Positions 1 through 11,600 of a stretch of DNA of 64,000 bases are shown in pieces; position 1 is the stretch's first letter, and each line of letters begins with the position of its first letter. A model generated the notes under the pieces. The model made no database searches, had not been told where the DNA came from, and was given only the letters and a program-made list of their open reading frames with translations. Position numbers and translations under genes: made by a program. Origin of the DNA: Ascidiella aspersa (taxonomy: Eukaryota); NCBI GenBank assembly GCA_963924565.1, contig OZ004608.1:33170001-33234000 (forward strand). The letters are read 5' to 3'.

Positions 1-1254
1 ACAGACAATAAACGTAAAGAATTAAGGTCGTCAAAGGAAACCATATTTGAAACAACGCCACACATTTCGCGGCCTCAAAATTGCGGTTTACAAAGTTCTT
101 AACAGCAATGTTTCAACTTCAAGTAACAGGTGTGGATAAAAAAACAGGCTCAGCAAACACCGTTGTGCAATTCCAGATATGGCGTGACAACCACGGTATA
201 GGGCGTGGCTTATTAAACCACTTGTTGACCGATATATGAAATCGGCCAAAATAGCACCGTCACACTTATGACTCACTCGTTGACCTATATTCCCGACATG
301 TTTTTTACACGTGTTTTTTACAAAAAGCGTCAACACTTGATTTTGCGACAGGGCTTTTCAGACAGTTGTTGGTTGGCGGTTAAAGGATTAAGTGTTATTT
401 TGCTTGACCATGAAAACAAATTGTTTCAATGGATAGGGTATGTTGTTCAGATAAGGTATTCTGTGCAAAACCGAACACCCATTGTTTGCTCAGTGTACTA
501 AATCACTTAAAAAATAGTTCTGTTAAAAAAGGAGATTTGTTACATGGGTATCGATATATGAAAACACACGCATCCAAAGCAAAACTCCAAAACTTAAGTT
601 TCGCTGTTTTATGCATTAGCCAATCGACATTTCGCTAATGATAAAACTGTAGGTATGCTAACATCGGAGGCTTTACATTGATGCATAGATATTGATGCCC
701 ACACAAAACAATAATCAAAGTGGACATTTGTAACTTTCTGACACGTTCAACTCTTCGCTTGATTTTCGCAGTATTTACTTTTAATAAGCAAAGTTGAAGA
801 TGATGAAGTGTTTTTTAACACGAAAATAGGCCATGGCGTGCAAATGTTTTGCGCTGTACAATAATGACTGTGCAAGTGTTGTCACATTAAACCACAAAGG
901 GATCTATGAATTTATAAAATGGGAAAATCTTATCATTAAGAAAATCGCTTTCTTCCGCAGGTGCATGGCCGCAATTTGAGTGGTACACTCCAAATAGTCC
1001 TGTTTTCCAGCAACAGATAAAACGAGAAAAGCACTAAATTGAAGAAGATGTCCAGTTGTGGCAAAATGGCCAAAAGCAACGAAAACTTGCGACCGACAGG
1101 TGACCTCGACAAAAACAAGCGACTTGGCGATTTCCAGGATTTATTCCAAATAAGGAACAACAAAAAGCGCTTATTTTGAGCAAATCGTGGCTGCCAATTA
1201 ATTGGAGAGCGCGCGGTCGCCAAATCCGCGTAATTGTTCTGTTATTCCACGAAC

Positions 1255-1420
1255 AGCGCGCCACGCCGTTACGTCATAGGTAATGACGTCATCCGGGTTG
1301 TTGTTCGGCGGAAGCTCGCGCGAAGGCAGAGATGACTCACGTTTTTTTCGGAAAAGTCGCTGTTTGAGTGACATAAGGTGTGGAGGTTAGTTGGCAAATC
1401 GATTGCGCAAAATGGCACGC
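1255..1420. promoter_or_regulatory. CpG-rich promoter-like block with CRE, ETS, C/EBP-like and YY1-like motifs
   Basis: TTACGTCA 1269-1276, TGACGTCA 1284-1291, CGGAAG 1308-1313, ATTGCGCAA 1402-1410 and AAAATGGC 1409-1416 in a GC-richer island within AT-rich DNA. Confidence 0.4.
1341..1374 (-). CDS. Probable first coding exon (MSLKQRLFRKK) of a minus-strand gene continuing towards the left edge; product unknown
   Basis: Minus strand reads GCCATTTT (YY1-like, 1409-1416), then ATG (1374-1372), 34 coding nt and a strong donor GTGAGT at 1340. Downstream exons not identified. Confidence 0.4.
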
Positions 1421-3141
1421 AACGCTTATAAGCCGAGAGGGGAATTACGGCGAACTGATGGACGTTCGACTTATATTATATTTTTTTGTGTTTACTGTCT
1501 TGATCGGACGAGGTTCAACGTCCATTGGGTTGAGAACATTGGGCAGGTGGAATGCATGAGAACAAATTTAGAACAAGGTGCGGCAGTTAATTAAAATTAA
1601 GATTTTTTTTTATCGAATCACGCCTTGCGTTTTAATTGATGTTGAAAAACTTAAACCAATGCCTATTTAGTCTTTCCTGCAAACCAAATAATATATTATG
1701 TCGCTTTTTATCATTCTTGGTTTTCGTTCAACTCTTGGAGTTTGTCACTTTCATGGGTAACAATTTTGCTCGGTGAAAATGACCAGGATACCTATGGAAT
1801 TATCTTACTTAACGCAGCAGACCGAAATGAAGGAATATAGTTAAATGTGAAACTGTTTACAACAATGATGGAAAAATGTTGGAAGAATAGACTCACATTC
1901 CAAGCTTCTTTGGTGTTTGCTTGATTGCTCAATGATTGGTGCAGTGTTTGCGTAAATCCAAGGACGTTGGTTCGACCCCCACTCAAGCGCCTTTTAACTA
2001 ACAGCGGACCAAAATATTTAGAGTAATATTAAGCACAACATACCTTAAGTATAACATATGGCATATCAGGCACCGGGTTTTAAACGTCATTCTAAATGAA
2101 AGTCGGGTATGGCACTGAGTTACGATACCGGCACAACCACACTACGCAAACAGCCTTTAGAGTTTACACCAAATTATATACAGTAGCTTCATGTGCAACT
2201 TAAAGGAGAGCAAGGTTTGCGCTAACCAGACTTACACTTCCAGCACGAGTGTTCGGTAACATTTTAAGTCATTTAAACTGGTAACATTATGCAACCCATC
2301 TACTGTAGGTTGTCGAAGTTTTGTTTCCATTTTGAGTCATTTAAACTGGTAACATTATACTAATTATTTAATCAAAATGCTTGTATAACCCTAGGCACAG
2401 ATCTATAAGACGATGAGAACATAAATCAAATCCGATTTTAAATTAATTAAAGCGGCACCGATTATTATTGTTGAAGGAAATTTGTGTGAATCATACATTG
2501 AGAGGTTTAATCAAATTAATTATTATCTTTTCATAGGGCGCCACAAACAATCCCCTCGATTTGATACAATTTCCTATTCAGGACATATCGCAAACAAGTA
2601 AACGGATGTAACACGATCCTAGAGAGAGCAAATAACTCTTAAATTTGTCAAACCCCGCGGTAAATTCCCTTAACAAGACGTTTGCTCAAACCCTCGATAC
2701 CGAACGAGTGCCAATCGAGATGTACTCGCTGCCGGCAAAATAAACTTTGGAAAGACTGACGGTCGGTCGTGCCAAGCATACAGGGCAAACAATTCGCACG
2801 TAGACGATTGTCCAACTCCAACCTATGAGCGTCTAAAGCACATATACACATGTTGTCATGAATCACCGATCGGTATTTCGAGCTTGGCGAGCAAACAGCG
2901 AGTTCTTTCGAAATCGACGTTTTTTGGCATTTTGGCAAATAAGCTCTGGGGCCGCCTCGATAGGAAAGCTGTCAATCTTGTATTGGAAAGTTGCGAAATT
3001 CAATCGCCTCAGTTTGGCAAGTTGGTCGAAGAATGTGGACCCACGAAAGTTTGTTGCCCTCTAGGATTACTGATTAATAGTATGTATGAATACATATTTA
3101 CGCCTTTTCTAACATGAAATCGAAAATGGTTGTTGTTTTGA

Positions 3142-3215
3142 GCCTGTGTAGCTCAGTTGGTAGAGCGACGGTCCCGATATGACCGAGGTTGGAAGTTCGA
3201 ACCTCACCACAGACA
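3142..3215 (+). pseudogene. tRNA-like element (tRNA pseudogene or head of a tRNA-derived SINE), nominal anticodon GAT
   Basis: A box TAGCTCAGTTGG, B box GTTCGAAC, acceptor stem GCCTGTG/CACAGAC (1 mismatch), D stem GCTC/GAGC, anticodon stem CGGTC/GACCG with loop CCGATAT. The T stem GGAAG/CTCAC is degraded and U33 is absent, so it is unlikely to be a functional tRNA. Confidence 0.7.
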
Positions 3216-4778
3216 AGTTGTTCTTCTAGACTTGCCTATGGCCTTGCTTGCACTACAATTCTGATCAGGCTGACTGGTTTTGGAAAGCCTCTTCAAAGGT
3301 GCACTATATATTGGGTTGCGTTATCGTTGACAAGTAAACTTGCAGAGGGCTTGATCGTAGAATACGCACTTTTTATCGGTACGATTTAGTTGATAAAAAG
3401 TAGTATTGCTTATATTTGGAAACATCAACAGTTCCGATTTTGTTTTAAATTTTGTCGCAAGATATATGGCCAATCAAGATCGCACAGAAATACATCAACG
3501 GTTGACTTTTTTGTTATATATAGTGATTTCGTCACGCAATGAAGCATTGTTTACCAGAAAAAAAGATCAATTTTTTCATCAGCATGAAAGTCATTAACGA
3601 CCAATTGTATTTTAATAAGGGCAAAAATCAAGCACAAGATAAAAAAAAGCCTGAATCGTTGGCATAATAACTCGATAGCGCACCAAGTGGTCATTTTACG
3701 ACAAATTTTAAACCACCAAAAAGGTAGTCGTTACTTCTTGAGGATTGTTTAACTCTACGTTTAGGTTTTTTGCTCTATTTATTTACGTTTTTAGATAATG
3801 TAAGTACACATACCAGGTACACTCAATTCGGGATTTGCTAACCAATACAACTTTTATTTTAGAGAGAGTCTCTTTCTTTCCTACAGGTTTATGATAGAAT
3901 GGCCTGTTGTAACGTGTTGTATTGTAGTTCATGAAAATGCATTCATGTTATCAGGAGAAAAAAATAACATTCAAGTGAATCATTTAGTTGTAATTTTTCG
4001 GAATGTAACTTTCTTGATATACAAATTAAATGAAACAGGCTTTGGTAGTCTAGTACATTTCTACAACACCCAGTTGTGTTATGACGATAAAAAGGAAGGT
4101 CATGTTGTAAGGACGGTATAAGTCAAACAAACTACGAAAAAAGTGAATTAACGTTATCAGGTTGAACATGTAAATCGGGATATTTTAGAGATCGAAAAGC
4201 AGTCGTTATACTAATTTTGTTCCTATTGTAAAAACGGAATACAATATATCGAAGCGCCAAAACGCATTCATAAATTTTAAGTTTAACTCTCGTTTAAAAA
4301 CAGTGTGAAGAGTGCTTGAACTTTCGTTTAAAAGTGTAACAGAACAGAGGGCGCTTTTTGTCTGTATAATCCTAAAAACGCATGAAACATTCGCGAAAAA
4401 CAGCTGAGATTTAAAACGCGAAAGAAAATTTCCATTTTAGAATTAAAAAGTGGCAACAAAATATCACGACATAAGTGTGAAAAACTCGCCCGCAGACTGA
4501 GATTTGAACTCACAACCCCAGGAATTCACAAATGCTGCCAAACACGACCCCTCTCATTAAAACAAAATTGACAATCTGGCTTTAGGCAAAGGCAGTAAAG
4601 GCGAGAAGATTTGAACTAAAAACCTCGGGAATTGGTGTGGTAATGACAGGATGGATTGGAACGTGACTCGGCTTTAACAACAAATAAATCCGACTAATGT
4701 TCTTGTTTGTTGCAAACGATTTACGTTGAATTATTTTTGATTGAAACAAAGCTTGAATTAGACTTTATTGATAATTAA

Positions 4779-5050
4779 CAGTGTTGTAAACAAGCCATTT
4801 TGAAATGACTTAAGTCCAAGAATATTGCTCAAATAATAAGTCCCAGTCGAAGTCATCAGATGCGCAAGTCAAGTCCTAGTCAAGTCATGTCATGGACATA
4901 ACAAATTAAACGTTTAACTATTTAAAAATTGGCATACTCGTCCGATTATGAGAAACAACTCGACGAAAATAACAAAGAGGGAATATAGAGCTAGCAAATT
5001 GTTTTTTTTGTTTTTTTAAGTCATTACAACGCAGATAATTAATTAAAAAA
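4779..5050 (+). mobile_element. Partial non-autonomous hAT-like element, family B (CAGTGTTGTAAACAAG terminus, CAAGT subterminal repeats)
   Basis: Same terminus and CAAGT repeats as the copies at 20833-21065 and 24671-25058. Right end not clearly seen. Confidence 0.6.
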
Positions 5051-5617
5051 TGACTAGCGTAAAAATTAAGAGTAGGCTTATGTCAAAACATCGAATAGTC
5101 CATTTAAAACTTTGCTATTTTGAGCCCTTTTCGACATTTAATCAGCATATTGCCGTAGTTTCGGCGCGCATTAATTATCGCGAAGTTTACGACAGCAACG
5201 AAAACAGGAGTAACTCAATCTCTGCCTGTCGCGTAATCAAACATTACTTGTTCGGTCGAGTCTACAACAGAAACAGCAAGTCGATTATTCCCACTTTTAT
5301 GTGGCAATGTTGCCCGAGTCAACAGCAGTGATGCTATAGGCTTCTGTATCGCGGGCCCATGAAGGGAGGTCTGCGCGAAAACCAACAAAATGTTAAGGGC
5401 TTTTACTAGCGATTGTTTGCTGATGCTTCCCACGAGCCCAAGCGTTTCGGAATAAAAGCGCCTTTACTTTTCTCCGCCGAGCACTTTCGGGCAAAATTCG
5501 AGGCACAAACGGTGAACAGGGGACTGGGGCAGGGCGATGTTGATATTGAGGTCGGACGGGCGCTTAGCTACAAGCGGCAAGTAGCGAAACAGGTTTCGTT
5601 CGTCGAGCATAAACTAC

Positions 5618-8600
5618 ATGATGAAGACGTTGCCAAGGTAAGGCTGTAGAGTGTAGAACGTATAATTCTGTGTTACTGTTTATCGGCATTTGCTGGAAAA
5701 GGCTCCTAAAGGTTTAAAATTATTAGATATAAGAATAATATAAAGAACGTGCGTTTTTGTACAACAAATAACAGAAAACGCCTATTCACTATATCATACC
5801 AATATATACAATATGATGTAATGGGTATATAAGATGTTAGTCAAGAACAGGAGCTTTACAAAATATTTGTGAAGCAAGGAAAGGGCTACCAAAAGTGCAA
5901 ACCATTATAAGTTATTGCAGACAGAAATGATCGGATAATAAATTCGGTAAATTGCCTAAATGACCTCAAATACCAGCAATTTAGGGCTCAAATCGTCGCT
6001 AAGCCGTGTATAGGCTTCAATTCAAAGCTACAAGGACAGAAAACACACACGCACGAAAAGGATACAGTCGGCCGAAAAGTCAAGTTTATCGGCGTTGCGA
6101 AGCAGTAGGTCGAGGCCTGACAGCTCGCGTGACTTTACTAAGGCACAAAGGACGAAGAATGGCGGCGCTCTATTCAGGACCGGGCTGTGTTTTGCTTGTC
6201 TCGACTTTTCTAAAGGGGCGTTTGGATAAATTCGCCCGGCTCGTTGCGCAAACACGAAAGAGTGGGAGCTATTTTTTTTGGCTTCTCCAGAACGTCGAAC
6301 GATATAGGGGCTTGGCAACCGCATTAATCACACCTTGATACTCTCACTTTTATGCTATACATTTTATGTATTTTTCTTATGTTTTACAAGGTTACCTTTA
6401 TCTACCCTTCATCTTCTTTTAGGTTACCATATAGAAAGCGACCAAATTACGTGGAGGTGTAATGGATTAGGTTTATTAGCTGATAAGTTACAGATAGGCC
6501 CATTCCTATGTTCTGTGGGCATAAAGCCAAATCCTGTGTCCTGTTGGCGAATAATACATACCGGTGCTATCCATTGGGGTTTTGTGGGACATTAGTGTTC
6601 CGCAATTCATTCAAACTGGTGCCACATGCTTTAAAAGGTAAATGCTGAATAGCATGCAAAATTTGTTAATTCAGTTTGACGTTTCAATCCCAAATTAAGT
6701 TGTTTTAGTCCCTTAAAATAAAAGTTGAACACAATGGCTTGAGGTTGTAGTTAGACGTTTAAATGAATACCAAAGTCCATACAGAAGTATAGGTATAGCA
6801 TATTTTCAACGTTTCGAATAATGGTGTCTTGTATTCATTTTAAACAGTTTTAACAATTCTTTATTCATTTTAGATGTTAAAAATAAATAAAGAATTATTG
6901 GATACGTTTCAAAAGGATACCTGCTTCTGTATGGGCTTTGATATTCATTCTACGTCTAACTATATTTGTTAATTTACGAAATTGCATATATTCGATATTA
7001 TTTAGAGGAACAGCGAACTCCATTTTTCGCATTTCCATAAAAACACATTCCATAAAAAACTCATCTGTAGGAATTTGCCAAATACAAATTTAAGAATTTT
7101 GCGTCGCCAAATCGTTCGAATGGAAAATTTGCAAAAAACTTGTTTCTTCCAATCCACTGTAACGTAAAGGCGTCATTTGACTCTAAGGTAACTCAGATAG
7201 AAAACCACAACAATCCGGATAATAGCAAACGATTATATAGTGAAGAAAGTATCTAAAATATAATACAGTATATTTTATCATTGCAACGTATTTAATCACA
7301 CATTAAAGGTACGTTATTCAGAAAAATGAAAACCGTGCGTTTTTAAAGGAAGCTATAAACCTTTCTGCAACTGATAGAAATATAAAAAGGAGGCCAATAT
7401 ACCGGTGTTAAATAAATAATAAGATAATGCAGGAGTCATTGACATAAAGAGAAAAGTGTTACGCAACACGGAATAATAGTTGCATAAGCTGTACAGTGTT
7501 TTATAATCTTGACCCTACAAGCAAATACACTCGTGTCATTAGACGGCGTTGCAGGAAGCTGGATAAGCCAAGTTGTACTTTTTACGGCTTTCAGAAAGTC
7601 ATTACAGCTAACGTTATATCGAAATGGCCTTCATCGTTTGACAAGCGATAGTATTTTTAGATTACATCTTTTTAAAGCATCCATCAACAAGCAAAGGTTA
7701 ATAATATTGTAAAATAGACAAGTAAATGCCACATCTACAGTATGTATGTAGGAAATAACTTAAATTACATGAACTTTATTACAGAATTGCATCGCCGCCT
7801 GCCGCGAACGGCGGCCTGCAGAAAATCGACTACAGCAAAAACACTCGGAGAGCTTTGGACGATGAAGATGGCGACTCTGCGAAAAAACAGAAAGGAAGTA
7901 GGGATGCTGCCGCTTCATGGACAAAGCTGCCCTACCTGGCCAGTCCGGAGGGCGCGAGGAACGAAGCTTCCCCTCAAAAAAGCGCTAACTCGGAGCGACT
8001 TCGCTTGCCCACCGATACTAACCAAGCTTTGAAAGCGGAGCACCAGAACGTTAACAAACTGTACGATTCCTACGCAAGGACACCACGAGCTGAATCTACT
8101 ACCGTGCACGTAGGAAGCGCTGAGGCGAGAGAGGTCCGCCATCGAAAGAAGAGAAGACGCAAACACCGCCATCACCACCACCACAGGCATCGCAGGAGTA
8201 GTGCCAACGGCGCTGTGGAGGGTGAGAACCGAAAGTTGCCGGAAAACTCTGACGATAGCACAGAGAGGGACCGTCACCATAGACACCACAGAAGAAGACA
8301 CCATCATCGAAGGAGCAACGGACAAGTAACCACCACAACCACAACCAGCTCTACTAGTGATGGGGAGAAAGATTTATTAAGGAAGAATGAGCGAATCCAT
8401 GACCAAGGCAATGTTGAAACAGATACAAAGGACCATGACAAAGACCGACATGTCGTTTCCTCAAAACTCCACGACAAAGACGGCAAAGTCAGCTCTTTTA
8501 AACTCTACGACAAAGACGGCAAACTTAGCTCACAAAAACTCCACGACAAAGAGAATAAACGCGGCTCACAAGAACTTCATGGCGAAAGTAGAAACGTACC

Positions 8601-11600
8601 TCAACAAGGACATGACATAAGAGCCGCAGCATCAGCTATAGCAGCTGCCGGATTAGACGAAACGATTAGAGAAGTGAAGAAAGCCGAACCGCAAATAAAG
8701 CACGGCAAGGCAACAGGGGAAAAACACGTTCCGTACAAACTCGACAGGCAGCACAAGCCTTCCAACGCAGCTCAACAGGACACTATGCGTCCGATAAAAC
8801 GCCAAGTGCAGGTGACAGCGCCTAGGACCCTATCCACCATCAAAGTGGAAGGCAGAAACTCGTTTCCTAAACCAAAAACGGCCGAGAGTCGCAGAGATTT
8901 ACGGTCAATTCTTGCAGGAGAAAAGGCCTCGTCGAAAAAGGACTGCGCAAGGGTCAAGATATCTGAGGAGCCCAAAAGACTGAAAACGAACCCAGAAAGG
9001 CGACATCGAGACAAAACCGTTTCAGGTGCTTCGGAAGTTGCCAGACCCAAGACAGAGACCGAAGCTAGAATGAAGGGAAGAAAAGAAGTCGAGCTAATGC
9101 CGAGATCGAAAACCTTCGTGGAGAGGCAAGCTGTGGTCGTACAACCCAAGCAGCACAAACTCGTGTAAGGATTTTGTTAATACTTTAATCGCGTTAAAAC
9201 CGAGGGCATAAAAACGACAAGGTGTAAACCAATAATGTCTTCTTTTTTTCGCTTGTAACAAGAAAAAATATATTTTGCTAAGATTAAGAAAAACTATACT
9301 AGAGTCCCTAGTCCGTCGTTCGCACGCGCAGCAGCTGATAAGGCCACAAACTATAATTTGTAAAGGTGGAATAGCATATGGTTTAACATTTTCCAACACG
9401 TATTGTTGCTGAATAAATCATATAACTGGGTGAATTATATATGAGTGGATTGCTAAATATTTTTTATTGCGTAAATGAGTGAAATATAGGATAAAGACGA
9501 GCCGAAATCTCACACTTAGCCGGCTTCGGATATTGGACTCGGGATTCAGGAAGCCTGCTAACAACTTAAATAAACTAACAACTTTTCAGTAAAACAGTTA
9601 ATTTTGAGAAGTGATTCTCAAACTATACGTGCACCTCAAGATTTGCTTAAGTGGAAATTTGTTGTCTTTTCAGAAAATAACTTTTCGTGTTACAAAATAG
9701 AATTTACACCACAGCCTACAACAGTGGTACCCAACCAGGGGTATTCCCCACTAGGGGGTCGTAATTTGTAGGGGGGGGGATTTGTGTCGCAATACTTATC
9801 TCTTACCGATTTTCTGTACTGTTATTGCTGCATTTTCCATATATGAGCCGAGAAAAAGAATATTCTCGTATAAAAGCTATATAGAGCTTATAATCGAGAA
9901 TTTAATTTCTGTTCTAAGAATTACATTAAAACATTAATGTAAACGATATTTTAGCAGTAAATTTGTAAGTGGAAAATAAATTTAAATGTCGACTAAAAAA
10001 CTTTCAGAGCTGGTTTTACGTAACTTCGCTCCTCCGCCACTTACTGGACGAAAAAATAAATTTTCATTCTGGAAAACAGCAGTGTTCTAATGACTTGACT
10101 CAAGTCACTGTTTTAAAATGACTTGACTTGACTTGAGTCTTATGACCAAAGGAACTTGACTTGGACTTAAGTCATTTTATCAAATGGTCGATATTCAAAC
10201 AGGACAAAAAAGGTTGGGAAACACTGGACGACATATTTTGTAGACTGAACAACGACCGTGAGGCGAACCGCTACCAGCAGATGATCAACGTCTACCTGGA
10301 CGAAAAATGGCATCGAGCCAGGAAGCAGCGATTCTTCAGCATGCTCGAGCAGTTCCAAGTGAAGCACAACAACGAGAAGGTACACAGAAGCAAGGCGAGG
10401 GCAAGGGAAACGAGAAATGCATTGCTTAGGTATGTATGGATTCCTGTGTTGTATTGGCTTCAGTGTCGTCGTTAGGTCAGTGATAACATACTTGGCTTGA
10501 GATAATTGTTTGGAGAATGAAATTCCACTTAAACTTATTTGAAAAAAATTCTTGAGAATTTTACTTTTTTGTACAAAATATTTTCATATTGGCAATTTCT
10601 CTTTAATTTAATTAACTTTCGTTGTTTGGTTATTTAAATATTGCCTGGATTATAAAAACCTAGTGAACGTTTACAATTTTATATTTGTTGTATGATTTTA
10701 TTGCCTTGACTTGGACTAAACTTACTAAACCAATGCTTTGGACCAGGACGTGACATTAAATACATTACAAATCACTTGATTTGTCTTTGCCCTATGTTAA
10801 AAGCACTTGTTTACAACTCTGGTGGATTGCACAGTGAAATTTAAACAACACGAAAGGACAGGTAGCCTAATCTTTGATGAGCTGTAATGCTTTCGCTGTA
10901 ACAAACAATTAATTCGAATAACAGTGAGCTGAAAATAAAAAGAATAATTTGACTAGAATAAATTAGTTACTGTTATTCATTTTGGTCAAAATATCCTTCG
11001 CGGTTTTACAGCAAAACTAATCTTGAATTCAGCTACTGCGTATTTTATAAATATCTATACATGAATATTAAATCTACGGTTTTAACAAAGAGTAGGCCAC
11101 AAAGCTTTAACGTGGAATTAAACCAACGCTACATAAACCACTAGCTAAAACATCTATACAGCTAGATTTATGAAGTTTAAAATAACATTGCCGTCGTTAG
11201 GAAATTTAACCTAATCATTCTGCGTTCGAAAATGTCACGTTCGCGGTGTTCTGTGTGAATAGGCTACCTTGTATGAAAGAAAGTAGCAAACCGCATTTGA
11301 AGTGCGATTAAATTTGCACAACTGTGGTTTATCGGAACTCAGTAAGTGTTTCAGTGCTAAAGCACCTTACTTTCAAATTAAATTTTATAAATCGTATTGT
11401 AAAACAGGGTTAACAAAAAATACCACATTTTCTAGTGTCATATTTTAGTTTATTAAAATTTCTACAATTTATTTACTGCTCTTTAAATATATAATGATGT
11501 TATTTGGTTTGGGATCGAAAGGAAACACTTTTTGCCCAAATTGTCTTGATTTCGGAAATAAAACACCAACTATCGCACATCCCTTCACGTAAGCAGGTTT

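Noticed and set aside
2648-3117. Overlapping short ORFs in a GC-richer block
   Set aside because: No recognisable protein or transposase similarity and no consistent splice signals.
5413-5649. 78-aa ORF as first exon of the His/Arg-rich gene
   Set aside because: It has no ATG start and its phase 0 at the 5637 donor does not match the phase-2 acceptor at 7785. The ATG at 5618 in another frame does match.
10080-10821. Coding exon 10244-10429 apparently enclosed by the two ends of one hAT element (exon capture)
   Set aside because: The right-hand piece has its own CAGTG end at 10478 and the outer flanks share no TSD. Two independent insertions is simpler.
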